A stretch of 64,000 nt of DNA from Malacoraja senta (Eukaryota). Of the stretch, positions 37,901-52,319 are shown in pieces. The notes below the pieces were generated by a model that saw only the letters and a list, made by a program, of their open reading frames with translations, did not search any database and was not told where the DNA came from. The stretch lies in the NCBI GenBank assembly GCA_038087875.1, contig JAXLNO010000136.1, forward strand, positions 62,001 through 126,000, read 5' to 3'. Each line of letters starts with the position of its first letter. The stretch's first letter is position 1. Position numbers and translations under genes: made by a program.

Positions 37901-40900
37901 AAATCCGGCAAGGTCGCCATATTTCCGGCAAGGTCGCCACAAATCCGGCAAGGTCGCCATATTTCCGGCAAGGTCGCCATAAATCCGGCATGGTGGCCAC
38001 AAATCAGGGAAGATCGCCATATTTCCGGCAAGGTCGCCATAAATCAGGCGTTCGCCATATTTCTGGCAAGTTCGCCACATTTCAGGCAAGCTCGCAATAA
38101 ATCTGGCAAGGTCGGCACACATCCGACAAGGTCGCCATATTTCCGGCAAGGTCGCCATAAATCCGGCAAGTCGCCATAAATCCGGCAAGGTCGCCATAAA
38201 TCCGGCAAGGTTGCCACAAATCCGACAAGGTCGCCATATTTTCGTCACGGTCGCCATAAATGCGGCAAGGTCGCCACAAATCCGGCAAGGTCGCCACAAA
38301 TCCGGCAAGGTCGCAACAAATCTGGCAAAGTCGCCACAAATCCGACAAGGTCGCCATATTTCCGGCAAGGTCGCCATAAATCCCGCAAGGTCGCCACAAA
38401 TCCGGCAACGTCGCCATATTTCCGGCAAGGTCGTAATAAATCCGGCAAGGTGGCCATAAAGCCGACAAGGTAGCCATATTTCCGGCAAGTTCGCCATAAA
38501 TCCGGCATGGTGGCCACAAATCAGGGAAGGTCGCCATATTTTCGGCAAGGTCGCCATAAATCCGGCAAGGTCGCCATAAATCCGGCAAGGTCGCCACAAA
38601 TCCGGCAGAGTCGCCTATTTCCGGCAAGGTCGCCATAAATCCGGCACGGCCGCCACAAATCCGGCAAGGTCGCCACATTTCCGGCAAGGTCGCAACAAAT
38701 CTGGCAAAGTCGCCACAAATCCGACAAGGTCGCCATATTTCCGGCAAATTGGCCATAAATCCCGCAAGGTCGCCACAAATCTGGCAAGGTCGCCATATTT
38801 CCGGGAAGGTCGCATGAATCCGGCAAGGTCGCCACAAATCCGGCAAGGTAGCCATATTTCCGGCCAGGTCGCCATAAATCCGGCAAGGTCGCCACAAATC
38901 CGACAAGGTAGCCATATTTTCGTCACGGTCCCCATAAATGCGGCAAGGTCGCCACAAATCCGGCAAGGTGGTCACATTTCCGGCAAGGTCGCAACAAATC
39001 TGGCAAAGTCGCCACAAATCCGACAAGGTCGCCATATTTCCGGCAAGGTCCCCATAAATCCCGCAAGGTCGCCACAAATCCGGCAAGGTCGCCATATTTC
39101 CGGCAAGGTCGTAATAAATCCGGCAAGGTGGCCACAAATCCGACAAGGTAGCCATATTTCCGGCAAGTTCGCCATAAATCCGGCATGGTGGCCACAAATC
39201 AGGGAAGGTCGCCATATTTCCGGCAAGGTCGCCATAAATCCGGCAAGGTCGCCATAAATCCGGCAAGGTCGCCACAAATCCGGCAGAGTCGCCTATTTCC
39301 GGCAAGGTCGCCATAAATCCGGCACGGCCGCCACAAATCCGGCAAGGTCGCCACATTTCCGGCAAGGTCGCAACAAATCTGGCAAGGTCGCCGCAAATCC
39401 GACAAGGTCGCCATATTTCCGGCAAGGTCGCCATAAATCCCGCAAGGTCGCCAGAAATCTGGCAAGGTCGCCATATTTCCAGGAAGGTCGCATGAATCCG
39501 GCAAGGTCGCCACAAATCCGGCAAGGTAGCCATATTTCCGGCCTGGTCGCCATAAATCCGGCTAGGTCTCCACAAATCCGGCAAGGTCGTAATAAATCCG
39601 GCAAGGAGGCCACAAATCCGACAAGGTAGCCATATTTCCGGCAAGTTCCCCATAAATTCGGCATGGTGGCCACAAATCCGGCAAGGTCGCCCTATATCCG
39701 GCAAGGTCGCCACAAATCCGGCAAGGTCGCCAAATCTCCGGCAAGGTCGCCATAAATCCGGCATGGTGGCCACAAATCAGGGAAGGTCGCCATATTTCCG
39801 GCAAGGTCGCCATAAATCCGGGAAGTTCGCCATATTTCCGGCAAGATCGCCATAAATCCGGCAAGGTCGCCACAAATCCGGCAAGGTCGCCATATTTCCG
39901 GCACGGTCGCAATAAATCCGGCAAGGTCGCCACAAATCCGGCAAGGTCGCCATAAATCCCGCAAGGTCGCCACAAATCCGGCAACGTTGCCATATTTCCG
40001 GCAAGGTCGCCATAAATCAGGCAAGGTCGCCATAAATCCGTCAAGATCGCCACAATTCCGGCAGAGTCGCCTATTTCCGGCAAGGTCGCCATAAATCCGG
40101 CACGGCCGCCACAAACCCGGCAAGGTCGCCACATTTCCGGCAAGGTCGCAACAAATCTGGCAAGGTCGCCGCAAATCCGACAAGGTAGCCATATTTCCGG
40201 CAAGGTCGCCATAAATCCGGCAAGGTCGCCACAAATCCGGCAAGGTCGCCATATTTCCGGCAAGGTCGCATGATTCCGGCAAGGTCGCCACAAATCCGGC
40301 AAGGTAGCCATATTTCCGGCAAGGTCGCCATAAATCCGGCAAGGTCGCCACAATCCGGCAAGGTCGCCATATTTCCGGCAAGGTCGCCACAAATCCGGCA
40401 AGGTCGCCATATTTCCGGCAAGGTCGCCATAAATCCGGCATGGTGGCCACAAATCAGGGAAGATCGCCATATTTCCGGCAATGTCGCCATAAATCAGGCG
40501 TTCGCCATATATCCGGCATGATCGCCATAAATCCGGCAAGGTCGCCACAAATCCGGCAAGGTCGCCATATTTCCGGCACGGTCGCCATAAATCCGGCAAG
40601 GTCGCCACAAATCAAGCAAGGTCGCCATATTTCCGGCAATGGTCGCCATCAATCGCGCAAGGTCGCCTCAAATCCGGCAAGGTCGCCATATTTCCGGCAA
40701 GGTCGCCATAAATCCGGCACGGCCGCCACAAATCCGGCAAAGTCGCCACATTTCCGGCAAGGTCGCAACAAATCTGGCAAAGTCGCCACAAATCCGACAA
40801 GGTCGCCATATTTCCGGCAAGGTCGCCATAAATCCCGCAAGGTCGCCACAAATCCGGCAAGGTCGCCATATTTCCGGCAAGGTCGCCATGAATCCGGCAA

Positions 40901-41869
40901 GGTCGCCACAAATCGGCAAGGTAGCCATATTTCCGGCAAGGTCGCCATAAATCCGGCAAGGTCGCCACAAATCCGGCAAGGTCGCCACAAATCCGGCAAT
41001 GTCGCCATATTTCCGGCAAGGTCGCCACAAATCCGGCAAGGTCGCCATATTTCCGGCATGGTCGTAATAAATCTGGCAATGTCGCCACAAATCCGGCAAG
41101 GTCGCCATATTTCCGGCAAGGTCGCATGAAACCGGCAAGGGCGCCACAATCAGGCAAGGTAGCCATATTTCCGGCAAGGTCGCCATAAATCCGGCAAGGT
41201 CGCCACAAATCCGGCAAGGTCGCCATATTTCCGGCAAGGTCGCCACAAATCCGGCAAGGTCGCCATATTTCCGGCAAGGTCGCCATAAATCCGGCATGGT
41301 GGCCACAAATCAGGAAGATCGCCATATTTCCGGCAAAGTCGCCATAAATCAGGCGTTCGCCATATATCCGGCATGATCGCCACAAATCCGGCAGAGTCGC
41401 CTATTTCCGGCAAGGTCGCCATAAATCCCGCAAGGTCGCCACAAATCTGGCAAGGTCGCCATATTTCCGGGAAGGTCGCAACAAATCTGGCCAGGTCGCC
41501 GCAAATCCGTCAAGGTAGCCATATTTCGGCCAGGTCGCCATAAATCCGGCAAGGTCGCCACAAATCCGACAAGGTCGCCATATTTTCGTCACGGTCGCCA
41601 TAAATGCGGCAAGGTCGCCACAAATCAGGGAAGGTCACCATATTTCCGGCAAGGTCGCCATAAATCCGGCAAGGTCGCCATAAATCCGGCAAGGTCGCCA
41701 CAAATCCGGCAGAGTCGCCTATTTCCGGCAAGGTCGCCATAAATCCGGCCCGGCCGCCACAAATACGGCAAGGTCGCCACATTTCCGGCAAGGTCGCAAC
41801 AAATCTGGCAAGGTCGCCGCAAATCCGACAGGTCGCCATATATCCGGCAAGGTCGCCATAAATCCCGCA

Positions 41870-44150
41870 AGGTCGCCACAAATCTGGCAAGGTCGCCATA
41901 TTTCCGGGAAGGTCGCATGAATCCGGCAAGGTCGCCACAAATCCGGCAAGGTAGCCATATTTCCGGCCAGGTCGCCATAAATCCGGCAAGGTCGCCACAA
42001 ATCCGGCAAGGTCGTAATAAATCCGGCAAGGAGGCCACAAATCCGACAAGGTAGCCATATTTCCGGCAAGTTCGCCATAAATCCGGCATGGTGGCCACAA
42101 ATCAGGGAGGGTCGCCATATTTCCGGCAAGGTCGCCATAAATCCGGCAAGGTCGCCATAAATCCCGCAAGGTCGCCACAAATCCGGCAGATTCGCCTATT
42201 TCCGGCAAGGTCGCCATAAATCCGGCACGGCCGCCACAAATCCGGCAAGGTCGCCACATTTCCGGCAAGGTGGCAACAAATCTGGCAAGGTCGCCGCAAA
42301 TCCGACAAGGTCGCCATATTTCCGGCCAGGTCGCATAAATCCGGCAAGGTCGCCACAAATCCGGCAAGGTCGCCCTATATCCGGCAAGGTCGCCACAAAT
42401 CCAGCAAGGTCGCCATATCTCCGGCAAGGTCGCCATAAATCCGGCATGGTGGCCACAAATCAGGGAAGGTCGCCATATTTCCGGCAAGGTCGCCATCAAT
42501 CCGGCAAGTTCGCCATATTTCCGGCAAGATCGCCATAAATCCGGCAAGGTCGCCACAAATCCGGCAAGGTCGCCATATTTCCGGCACGGTCGCAATAAAT
42601 CCGGCAAGGTCGCCATAAATCCCGCAAGGTCGCCACAAATCCGGCAAGGTCGCCATATTTCCGGCAAGGTCGCCATAAATCCGGCAAGGTCGCCATAAAT
42701 CCGTCAAGGTCGCCACAATTCCGGCAGAGTCGCTTATTCCGGCAAGGTCGCCATATTTCCGGCAAGGTCGCCACAAATCCGGCAAGGTCGGCATATTTCC
42801 GGTAAGGTCGCCATAAATCAGGCATGGTGGCCACAAATTAGGGAAGATCGCCATATTTCCGGCAAGGTCGCCATAAATCAGGCGTTCACCATATTTCCGG
42901 CATGATCGCCATAAATCCGGCAAGGTCGCCACAAATCCGGCAAGGTCGCCATATTTCCGGCACGGTCGCCATAAATCCGGCAAGGTCACCACAAATCAAG
43001 CAAGGTCGCCATATTTCCGGCAAGGTCGCCATAAATCCCGCAAGGTCGCCACAAATCCGGCAAGGTAGCCATATTTCCGGCCAGGTCGCCATAAATCCGG
43101 CAAGGTCGCCACAAATCCGGCAAGGTCGTAATAAATCCGGCAAGGAGGCCACAAATCCGACAAGGTAGCCATATTTCCGGCAAGTTCGCCATAAATCCGG
43201 CATGGTGGCCACAAATCAGGGAGGGTCGCCATATTTCCGGCAAGGTCGCCATAAATCCGGCAAGGTCGCCATAAATCCCGCAAGGTCGCCACAAATCCGG
43301 CAGATTCGCCTATTTCCGGCAAGGTCGCCATAAATCCGGCACGGCCGCCACAAATCCGGCAAGGTCGCCACATTTCCGGCAAGGTGGCAACAAATCTGGC
43401 AAGGTCGCCGCAAATCCGACAAGGTCGCCATATTTCCGGCCAGGTCGCCATAAATCCGGCAAGGTCGCCACAAATCCGGCAAGGTCGCCCTATATCCGGC
43501 AAGGTCGCCACAAATCCAGCAAGGTCGCCATATCTCCGGCAAGGTCGCCATAAATCCGGCATGGTGGCCACAAATCAGGGAAGGTCGCCATATTTCCGGC
43601 AAGGTCGCCATCAATCCGGCAAGTTCGCCATATTTCCGGCAAGATCGCCATAAATCCGGCAAGGTCGCCACAAATCCGGCAAGGTCGCCATATTTCCGGC
43701 ACGGTCGCAATAAATGCGGCAAGGTCGCCACAAATCCGGCAAGGTCGCCATAAATCCCGCAAGGTCGCCACAAATCCGGCAAGGTCGCCATATTTCCGGC
43801 AAGGTCGCCATAAATCCGGCAAGGTCGCCATAAATCCGTCAAGGTCGCCACAATTCCGGCAGAGTCGCTTATTCCGGCAAGGTCGCCATATTTCCGGTAA
43901 GGTCGCCATAAATCAGGCATGGTGGCCACAAATTAGGGAAGATCGCCATATTTCCGGCAAGGTCGCCATAAATCAGGCGTTCACCATATTTCCGGCAAGA
44001 TCGCCATAAATCCGGCAAGGTCGCCACAAATCCGGCAAGGTCGCCATATTTCCGGCACGGTCGCCATAAATCCGGCAAGGTCACCACAAATCAAGCAAGG
44101 TCGCCATATTTCCGGCAAGGTCGCCATAAATCCCGCAAGGTCGCCACAAA
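41870..44150 (-). repeat. About 1.1-kb tandem higher-order duplication
   Basis: Offsets 1114 (42102/43216) and 1095 (42886/43981); shared gggagggtcgcc, cagattcgcct, aattagggaagat. Confidence 0.8.
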
Positions 44151-46484
44151 TCCGGCAAGATCGCCATATTTCCGGCAAGGTCGCCATAAATCCGGCAATG
44201 TCGCCACAAATCCGGCAGAGTCGCCTATTTCCGGCAAGGTCGCCATAAATCAGGCACGGCCGCCACAAATCCGGCAAGGTCGCCACATTTCCGGCAAGGT
44301 CGCAACAAATCTGGCAAAGTCGCGACAAATCCGACAAGGTCGCCATATTTCCGGCAAGGTCGCCATGAATCCGGCAAGGTCGCCACAAATCCGGCAAGGT
44401 AGCCATATTTCCGGCAAGGTCGCCATAAATCCGGAAGGGTCGCCACAAATCCGGCAAGGTCGCCACAAATCCGGCAATGTCGCCATATTTTCGGCAAGGT
44501 CGCCACAAATCCGGCAAGGTCGCCATATTTCCGGCATGGTCGTAATAAATCCGGCAATGTCTCCACAAATCCGGCAAGGTAGCCATATTTCCGGCAAGTT
44601 CGCCACATGTCAGGCAAGATCGCAATAAATCTGGCAAGGTCGACACACATCCGACAAGGTCGCCATATTTCCGGCAAGGTCGCCATATATCCGGCAAGGT
44701 CGCCATAAATCGGCAAGGTCGCCATAAATCCGGCAAGGTCGCCACAAATCCGACAAGGTCGCCATATTTTCCTCACGGTCGCCATAAATGCGGCAAGGTC
44801 GCCACAAATCCGGCAAGGTCGCCACATTTCCGGCAAGGTCGCAACAAATCTGGCAAAGTCGCCACAAATCCGACAAGGTCGCCATATTTCCGGCAATGTC
44901 GCCATAAATCCCGCAAGGTCGCCACAAATCCGGCAAGGTCGCCATATTTCCGGCAAGGTCGTAATAAATCCGGCAAGGTGGCACGAATAGGGCAAGGTAG
45001 CCATATTCCCGGCAAGTTCGCCATAAATCCGGCATGGTGGACACAAATCCGGCAAGGTAGCCATATTTCCGGCAAGGTCGCCATAAATCCGGCAAGGTCG
45101 CCACAATTCCAGCAAGGTCGCCACAAATCCGGCAATGTCGCCATATTTCCGGCAAGGTCGCCACAAATCCGGCAAGGTCGCCATATTTCCGGCATGGTCG
45201 TAATAAATCCGGCAATGTGGCCACAAATCCGGCAAGGCAGCCATATTTCCGGCAAGATCGCCACATGTCAGGCAAGGTCGCAATAAATCTGGGAAGGTCG
45301 ACACACATCCGACAAGGTCGCCATATTTTCGTTACGGTCGCCATAAATGCGGGAAGGTCGCCACAAATCCGGCAAGGTCGCCACGTTTCCGGCAAGGTCG
45401 CAACAAATTTGGCAAAGTCGCCACAAATCCGACAAGGTCGCCATATTTCCGGCAAGGTCGCCATAAATCCCGCAAGGTCGCCACAAATCCGGCAAGGTCG
45501 CCATATTTCCGGCAAGGTCGTAATAAATCCGGCAAGGTGACCACAAATAGGACAAGGTAGCCATATTTCCGGCAAGTTCGCCATAAATCCGGCATGGTGG
45601 CCACAAATCAGGGAAGGTCGCCATGTTTCCGGCAAGGTCGCCATAAATCCGACAAGGTCGCCATAAATCCGGCAAGGTCGCCACAAATCCGGCAGATTCG
45701 CCTATTTCTGGCAAGATCGCCATAAATCCGGCACGGCCGCCACAAATCCGGCAAGGTCGCCACATTTCCGGCAAGGTCGCAACAAATCTGGCAAGGTCGC
45801 CGCAAATCCGACAAGGTCGCCATATTTCCGGCAAGGTCTCCATAAATCCCGCAAGGTCGCCACAAATCTGGCAAGGACGCCATATTTCCGGGAAGGTCGC
45901 ATGAATCCGGCAAGGTCGCCACAAATCCGGCAAGGTAGCCATATTTCCGGCCAGGTCGCCATAAATCCGGCAAGGTCGCCACAAATCCCGGCAAGGTCGC
46001 CCTATATCCGGCAAGGTCGCCACAAATCCGGCAAGGTCGCCATATCTCCGGCAAGGACGCCATAAATCCGGCATGGTGGCCACAAATCAGGGAAGGTCGC
46101 CATATTTCCGGCAAGGTCGCCATAAATCCGGCAAGGTCGCCACAAATCCGACAAGGTCGCCATATTTCCGGCAAGGTCGCCATAAATCCGGCATGGTGGC
46201 CACAAATCCGGCAAGGTCGCCATATTTCCGGCACGGTCGCAATAAATCCGGCAAGGTCTCCCACAAATCCGGCAAGGTCGCCATAAATCCCGCAAGGTCG
46301 CCACAAACCCTGCAAGGTCGCCATATTTCCGGCAAGGTCGCCATAAATCCGGCAAGGTCGCCATAAATCCGTCAAGGTCGCCACAATTCCGGCAGTCGCC
46401 TATTTCCGGCAAGGTGGCCACAAATCCGACAAGGTAGCCATATTGCCGGCAAGTTTGCCATAAATCCGGCATGGTGGCCACAAA

Positions 46485-46684
46485 NNNNNNNNNNNNNNNN
46501 NNNNNNNNNNNNNNNNNNNNNNNNNNNNNNNNNNNNNNNNNNNNNNNNNNNNNNNNNNNNNNNNNNNNNNNNNNNNNNNNNNNNNNNNNNNNNNNNNNNN
46601 NNNNNNNNNNNNNNNNNNNNNNNNNNNNNNNNNNNNNNNNNNNNNNNNNNNNNNNNNNNNNNNNNNNNNNNNNNNNNNNNNNNN
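46485..46684. other. Assembly gap (200 N)
   Basis: Exactly 200 N. Confidence 0.99.
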
Positions 46685-49600
46685 CCACATTTCCGGCAAG
46701 GTCGTCACATTTCCGGCAAAGTCGCCATTAATCCGGGAATTTTCGCCATAAATCCGGCAAGGTCGCCGCATTCCCGGCAAGGTCGCCATAAATCCGGCAA
46801 GGTCGCCTCAAATCCGGCAAGGTCGCCACATTTCCGGCAAGATCGCCATAAATCCGGCAAGGTCGCCACACATGTGGCAAGGTCGCCATAAATCCGGCAA
46901 GGTGGCCATATTTCCGGCAAGGTCGCCATAAATCCGTCAAGGTCGCCATAATTCCGGCGAGGTCGCCATATTTCCGGTTAAGTCGCCATAAATCCGGCGA
47001 GGTCGCCATGAATCCGGCAAGTTCGCCACATATCCCGCAAGGTCGCCATAAATCCGTTCAGTTCACCATTTTTTCGGCAAGGTCGCCACAAATCCAGCAA
47101 AGTCGCCATAAATTCGGCGAGGTCGCCATATTTCCGGCGAGGTCGCCAAAAAGACGGCAAGGTCGCCTTAAATCCGGCGAGGTCGCCATATTTCCGGCGA
47201 GGTCGCCATCAATCCGGCAAGGACGCCATGAATCCGGCGAGGTCGCCATATTTCCGCCGAGGTCGCCATAAATCCGGCAACGTCTCCATAAACCGGCGAG
47301 GTCGCCATAATTCTGGCGAGGTCGCCATATTTCCGGTTAAGTCGCCATAAATCCGACATGGTCGCCATAAATCTGCAAAATCGCCATAACTCCGGCACGG
47401 TCGCCGTATTGCCGGCACGGTCGCCATATATCCGGCTAGGACGCCATAAATACGGCAAGGTCGCGATATTTCCGGCAAGGTTGTCACAAATCCGGCAAGG
47501 TCGCCATATTTCCGTCAATGTCGCCATAAATTCGGCAAGGTCGCCACAAATCCGGCAAGGTCGCCCCAAGTCCGGCAAGGTCGCCACATTTCCGGCAAGG
47601 TCGCCATAAATCCGGCAAGGTCGCCACATATCCCACAAGGTCGCCATAAATCCGGCAAGGTCGCACAAATACGGCAAGGTCGCCACAATTCCGGCAAGGT
47701 CGCCATAAATCCGGCAAGGTCGCCACAAATCCGTCAAGGCCGCCATCATTTCAGGCAAGTTCGCCATAAACCCGGCAAGGTCGCCACAAATCCGGTAAGG
47801 TTGCCACATTTCCGGCAAGGTCGACACATTTCCGGCAAGGTCGCCATTAATCCGGGAATGTCGCCATAAATCCGGCAAGGTCGCCACATTCCCGGCAAGG
47901 TCGCCATAAATCCGGCAAAGTCGCCGCAAATCCGGCAAGGTCGCCACATTTCCGGCAAGGTCGCCATAAATCCGGCAAGGTCGCCACAAAACCAGCAAGG
48001 TCGCCACAAATGCGGCAAGGTCGCTACATTTCCGGCAAGGTCGCCATAAATCCGGCGTTCGCCACAAATCCGACAAGGTCGTCATAAATCCGGCAAGGTC
48101 GCCACATTCCCGGCAAGATCGCCATAAATCCGGCAAGGTCGCCACAAATCGGCAAGGTTGCCACATTTCCGGCAAGGTCGCCATAAATCCGCAAGGTCGC
48201 CATAAATCCGGCAAGGTCGCCACATTTCCGGCAAGGTCGCCATATTTCCGGCAAGGTCGCCATTAATCCGGGAATGTCGCCATAAATCCGGCAAGGTCGC
48301 CACATTCCCGGCAAGATCGCCATAAATCCGGCAAGGTCGCCACATATCCGGCAAGATCGCCACATTCCCGGCGAGGTCGCCAACAATCCGGCTAGGTCGC
48401 CACAAATCCGGCAAGGTCGCCATAAATCCTGCGAGGTCGCCATAAATCCGACAAGGTTGCCACATATCCCGCAAGGTCGCCATAAATCCCGCGAGGTCGC
48501 CATTTTTCTGGCAAGTCGCCACAAATCCTGCAAGGTCGCCATAAACCGGCAAGGTCGCCATATTTCCGGCACGGTGGCCATCTTTCCGGCAAGGTCGCCA
48601 TATATCCGGCAAAGTCGCCATACTTCTGGCACGGTCGCCATAAATCCGGCAAGGTCGCCTCAAATGCGGCAAGGTCGCCATATTTCCGGCACGGTCGCCA
48701 TAAATCCGCCAAAGTCGCCACAAATCCGGCAAGGTCTCCATAATCCCGGCAAGGTCGCCATAAATCCGGCAAGGTCGCCACAAATCCGGCAAGGTCGTCA
48801 TATTTCCGGGAAGGTCGCCATTAATCCGGGAATTTCGCCATAAATCCGGCAAGGTCGCCGCATTCCCGGCAAGGTCGCCATAAATCCGGCAAGGTGGCCA
48901 TATTTCCGGCAAGGTCGCCATAAATCCGTCAAGGTCGCCATAATTCCGGCGAGGTCGCCATATTTCCGGTTAAGTCGCCATAAATCCGGCGAGGTCGCCA
49001 TGAATCCGGCAAGTTCGCCACATATCCCGCAAGGTCGCATAAATCCGGTGAGTTCGCCATTTTTTCGGCAAGGTCGCCACAAATCCAGCAAAGTCGCCAT
49101 AAATTCGGCGAGGTCGCCATATTTCCGGCGAGATCGCCAGAAAGACGGCAAGGTCGCCTTTAATCCGGCGAGGTCGCCATATTTCCGGTTAAGTCGCCAT
49201 AAATCCGGCATGGTCGCCATAAATCTGCAAAATCGCCACAACTCCGGCACGGTCGCCGTATTTCCGGCACGGTCGCCATATATCCGGCTGGGACGCCATA
49301 AATACGGCAAGGCCGCCATATTTCCGGCAAGGTTGCCACAAATCCGGCAAGGTCGCCATATTTCCGTCAAGGTCGCCATAAATTCGGCAAGGTCGCCACA
49401 AATCCGGCAAGGTCGCCCCAAGTCCGGCAAGGTCGCCACATTTCCGGCAAGGTCGCCATAAATCCGGCAAGGTCGCCACATATCCCACAAGGTCGCCACA
49501 AATCCGGCAAGGTCGCCACAAATCCGGCAAGGTCGCCACATTTGCGGCAAGGCCGTCATAAAACCGGCATGGCCGCCACAAATACGGCAAGGTCGCCACA

Positions 49601-52319
49601 ATTCCGGCAAGGTCGCCATAAATCCGGCAAGGTCGCCACAAATCCGGTAAGGTCGCCACATCCCCGTCAAGGTCGCCATAAATCCGGCAAGGTCGCCACA
49701 AATCCGTCAAGGCCGCCATCATTTCAGCAAGGTCGCCATAAACCCCGCAAGGTCGCCACAATCCGGTAAGGTCGTCACATTTCCGGCAAGGTCGACACAT
49801 TCCCGGCAAGGTCGCCATTAATCCGGGAATGTCGCCTTAAATCCGGCAAGGTCGCCACATTCCCGGCAAGGTCGCCATAAATCCGGCAAAGTCGCCGCAA
49901 ATCCGGCAAGGTCGCCACATTTCCGGCAAGGTCGCCATAAATCCGGCAAGGTCGCCACAAACCCAGCAAGGCCGCCACAAATACGGCAAGGTCGCCACAA
50001 TTCCGGCAAGGTCGCCATAAATCCGGCAAGGGCGCCACATTTCCGGCAAGGTCGCCATAAATCCGGCGTTCGCCACAAATCCGACAAGGTCGTCATAAAT
50101 CCGGCAAGGTCGCCACATTCCCGGCAAGATCGCCATAAATCCGGCAAGGTCGCCACAAATCCGGCAAGGTCGCCACATTCCCGGCAAGGTCGCCATAAAT
50201 CTGGCAAAGTCGCCGCAAATCCGGCAAGGTCGCCACATTTCCGGCAAAGGTCGCCATAAATCCGGCAAGGTCGCCACAAACCCAGCAAGGTCACCACAAA
50301 TGGCGGCAAGGTCGCCACATTTCCGGCAAGGTCGCCATAAATCCGGCGTTCGCCACATTCCCGGCAAGATCGCCATAAATCCGGCAAGGTCGCCACAAAT
50401 CCGGCAAGGTTGCCACATTTCCGGCAAGGTCGCCATAAATCCGGCAAGGTCGCCATAAATCCGGCAAGGTCGCCACATTTCCGGCAAGGTCGCCGTATTT
50501 CCGGCAAGGTCGCCACAAATCCAGCAGGGTCGCCACAAATGCGGCAAGGTCGCCACATTTCCGGCAAGGTCGTCACATTTCCGGCAAGGTCGCCATAAAT
50601 CCGGCAAGGTCGCCACATTCCCGGCGAGGTCGCCAACAATCCGGCTAGGTCGCCACAAATCCGGCAAGGTCGCCATAAATCCTGCGAGGTCGCATAAATC
50701 CGGCAAGGTTGCCACATATCCCGCAAGGTCGCCATAAATCCCGCGAGGTCGCCATTTTTCTGGCAAGGTCGCCACAAATCCTGCAAGGGTCGCCATAACC
50801 CGGCAAGGTCGCCATATTTCCGGCACGGTGGCCATATTTCCGGCAAGGTCGCCATATATCCGGCAAAGTCCCCATACTTCTGGCACGGTCGCCATAAATC
50901 CGGCAAGGTCGCCTCAAATGCGGCAAGGTCGCCATATTTCCGGCACGGTCGCCATAAATCCGCCAAAGTCGCCACAAATCCGGCAAGGTCTCCATAATCC
51001 CGGCAAGGTCGCCATAAATCCGGCAAGGACGCCACAAATCCGGCAATGTCGCCATATTTCCGGCAAGTTCGCCGTAATTCCGGCAAGGTCGCCACAAATC
51101 CGGCAAGGTCGCCACATTTCCGGCAAGGTCGTCACATTTCCGGCAAGGTCGCCATTAATCCGGGAATTTCGCCATAAATCCGACAAGGTCGCCGCATTCC
51201 CGGCAAGGTCGCCATAAATCCGGCAAGGTCGCCTCAAATCCGGCAAGGTCGCCACATTTCCGGCAAGATCGCCATAAATCCGGCAAGGTCGCCACACATG
51301 TGGCAAGGTCGCCATAAATCCGGCAAGGTGGCCATATTTCCGGCAAGGTCGCCATAAATCCGTCAAGGTCGCCATAATTCCGGCGAGGTCGCCATATTTC
51401 CGGTTAAGTCGCCATAAACCCGGCGAGCTCGCCATGAATCCGGCAAGTTCGCCACATATCCCGCAAGGTCGCCATAAATCCGGTGAGTTCGCCATTTTTT
51501 CGGCAAGGTCGCCACAAATCCAGCAAAGTCGCCATAAATTCGGCGAGGGTCGCCATATTTACGGCGAGATCGCCAGAAAGACGGCAAGGTCGCCTTAAAT
51601 CCGGCGAGGTCGCCATATTTCCGGCAAGGTCGCCATAAATCCGGCAAGGTCGCCATAAATCCGGCGAGGTCGCCATATTTCCGCCGAGGTCGCCATAAAT
51701 CCGGCAAGGTCTCCATAAACCGGCGAGGTCGCCATAATTCCGGCGAGGTCGCCATATTTCCGGTTGTCGCCATAAATCCGGCATGGTCGCCATAAATCTG
51801 CAAAATCGCCATAACTCCGGCACGGTCGCCGTATTTCCGGCACGGTCGCCATATATCCGGCTAGGACGCCATAAATACGGCAAGGTCGCCATATTTCCGG
51901 CAAGGTTGCCGAAAATCCGGCAAGGTCGCCATATTTCCGTCAAGGTCGCCATAAATTCGGCAAGGTCGCCACAAATCCGGCAAGGTCGCCCCCAAGTCCG
52001 GCAAGGTCGCCACATTTCCGGCAAGGTCGCCATAAATCCGGCAAGGTCGCCACATATCCCACCGGTCGCCATAAATCCGGCAAGGTCGCCACAAATCCGG
52101 CAAGGTCGCCACATTTGCGGCAACGCCGTCATAAATCCGGCATAGCCGCCACAAATACGGCAAGGTCGCCACAATTCCGGCAAGGTCGCCATAAATCCGG
52201 CAAGGTCGCCACAAATCCGTAAAGGCCGCCATCATTCGGGCAAGGTCGCCATAAACCCGGCAAGGTCGCCACAAATCCGGTAAGGTCGCCGCATTTCCGG
52301 CAAGGTCGACACATTTCCG

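Larger units (their letters stand above)
8541..46484 (-). repeat. 20-bp satellite array, contig 2, reverse orientation (+ strand reads CCGGCAAGGTCGCCAYAWWT)
   Basis: Uninterrupted 38 kb of the reverse-complement monomer; no unique sequence seen. Confidence 0.99.
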
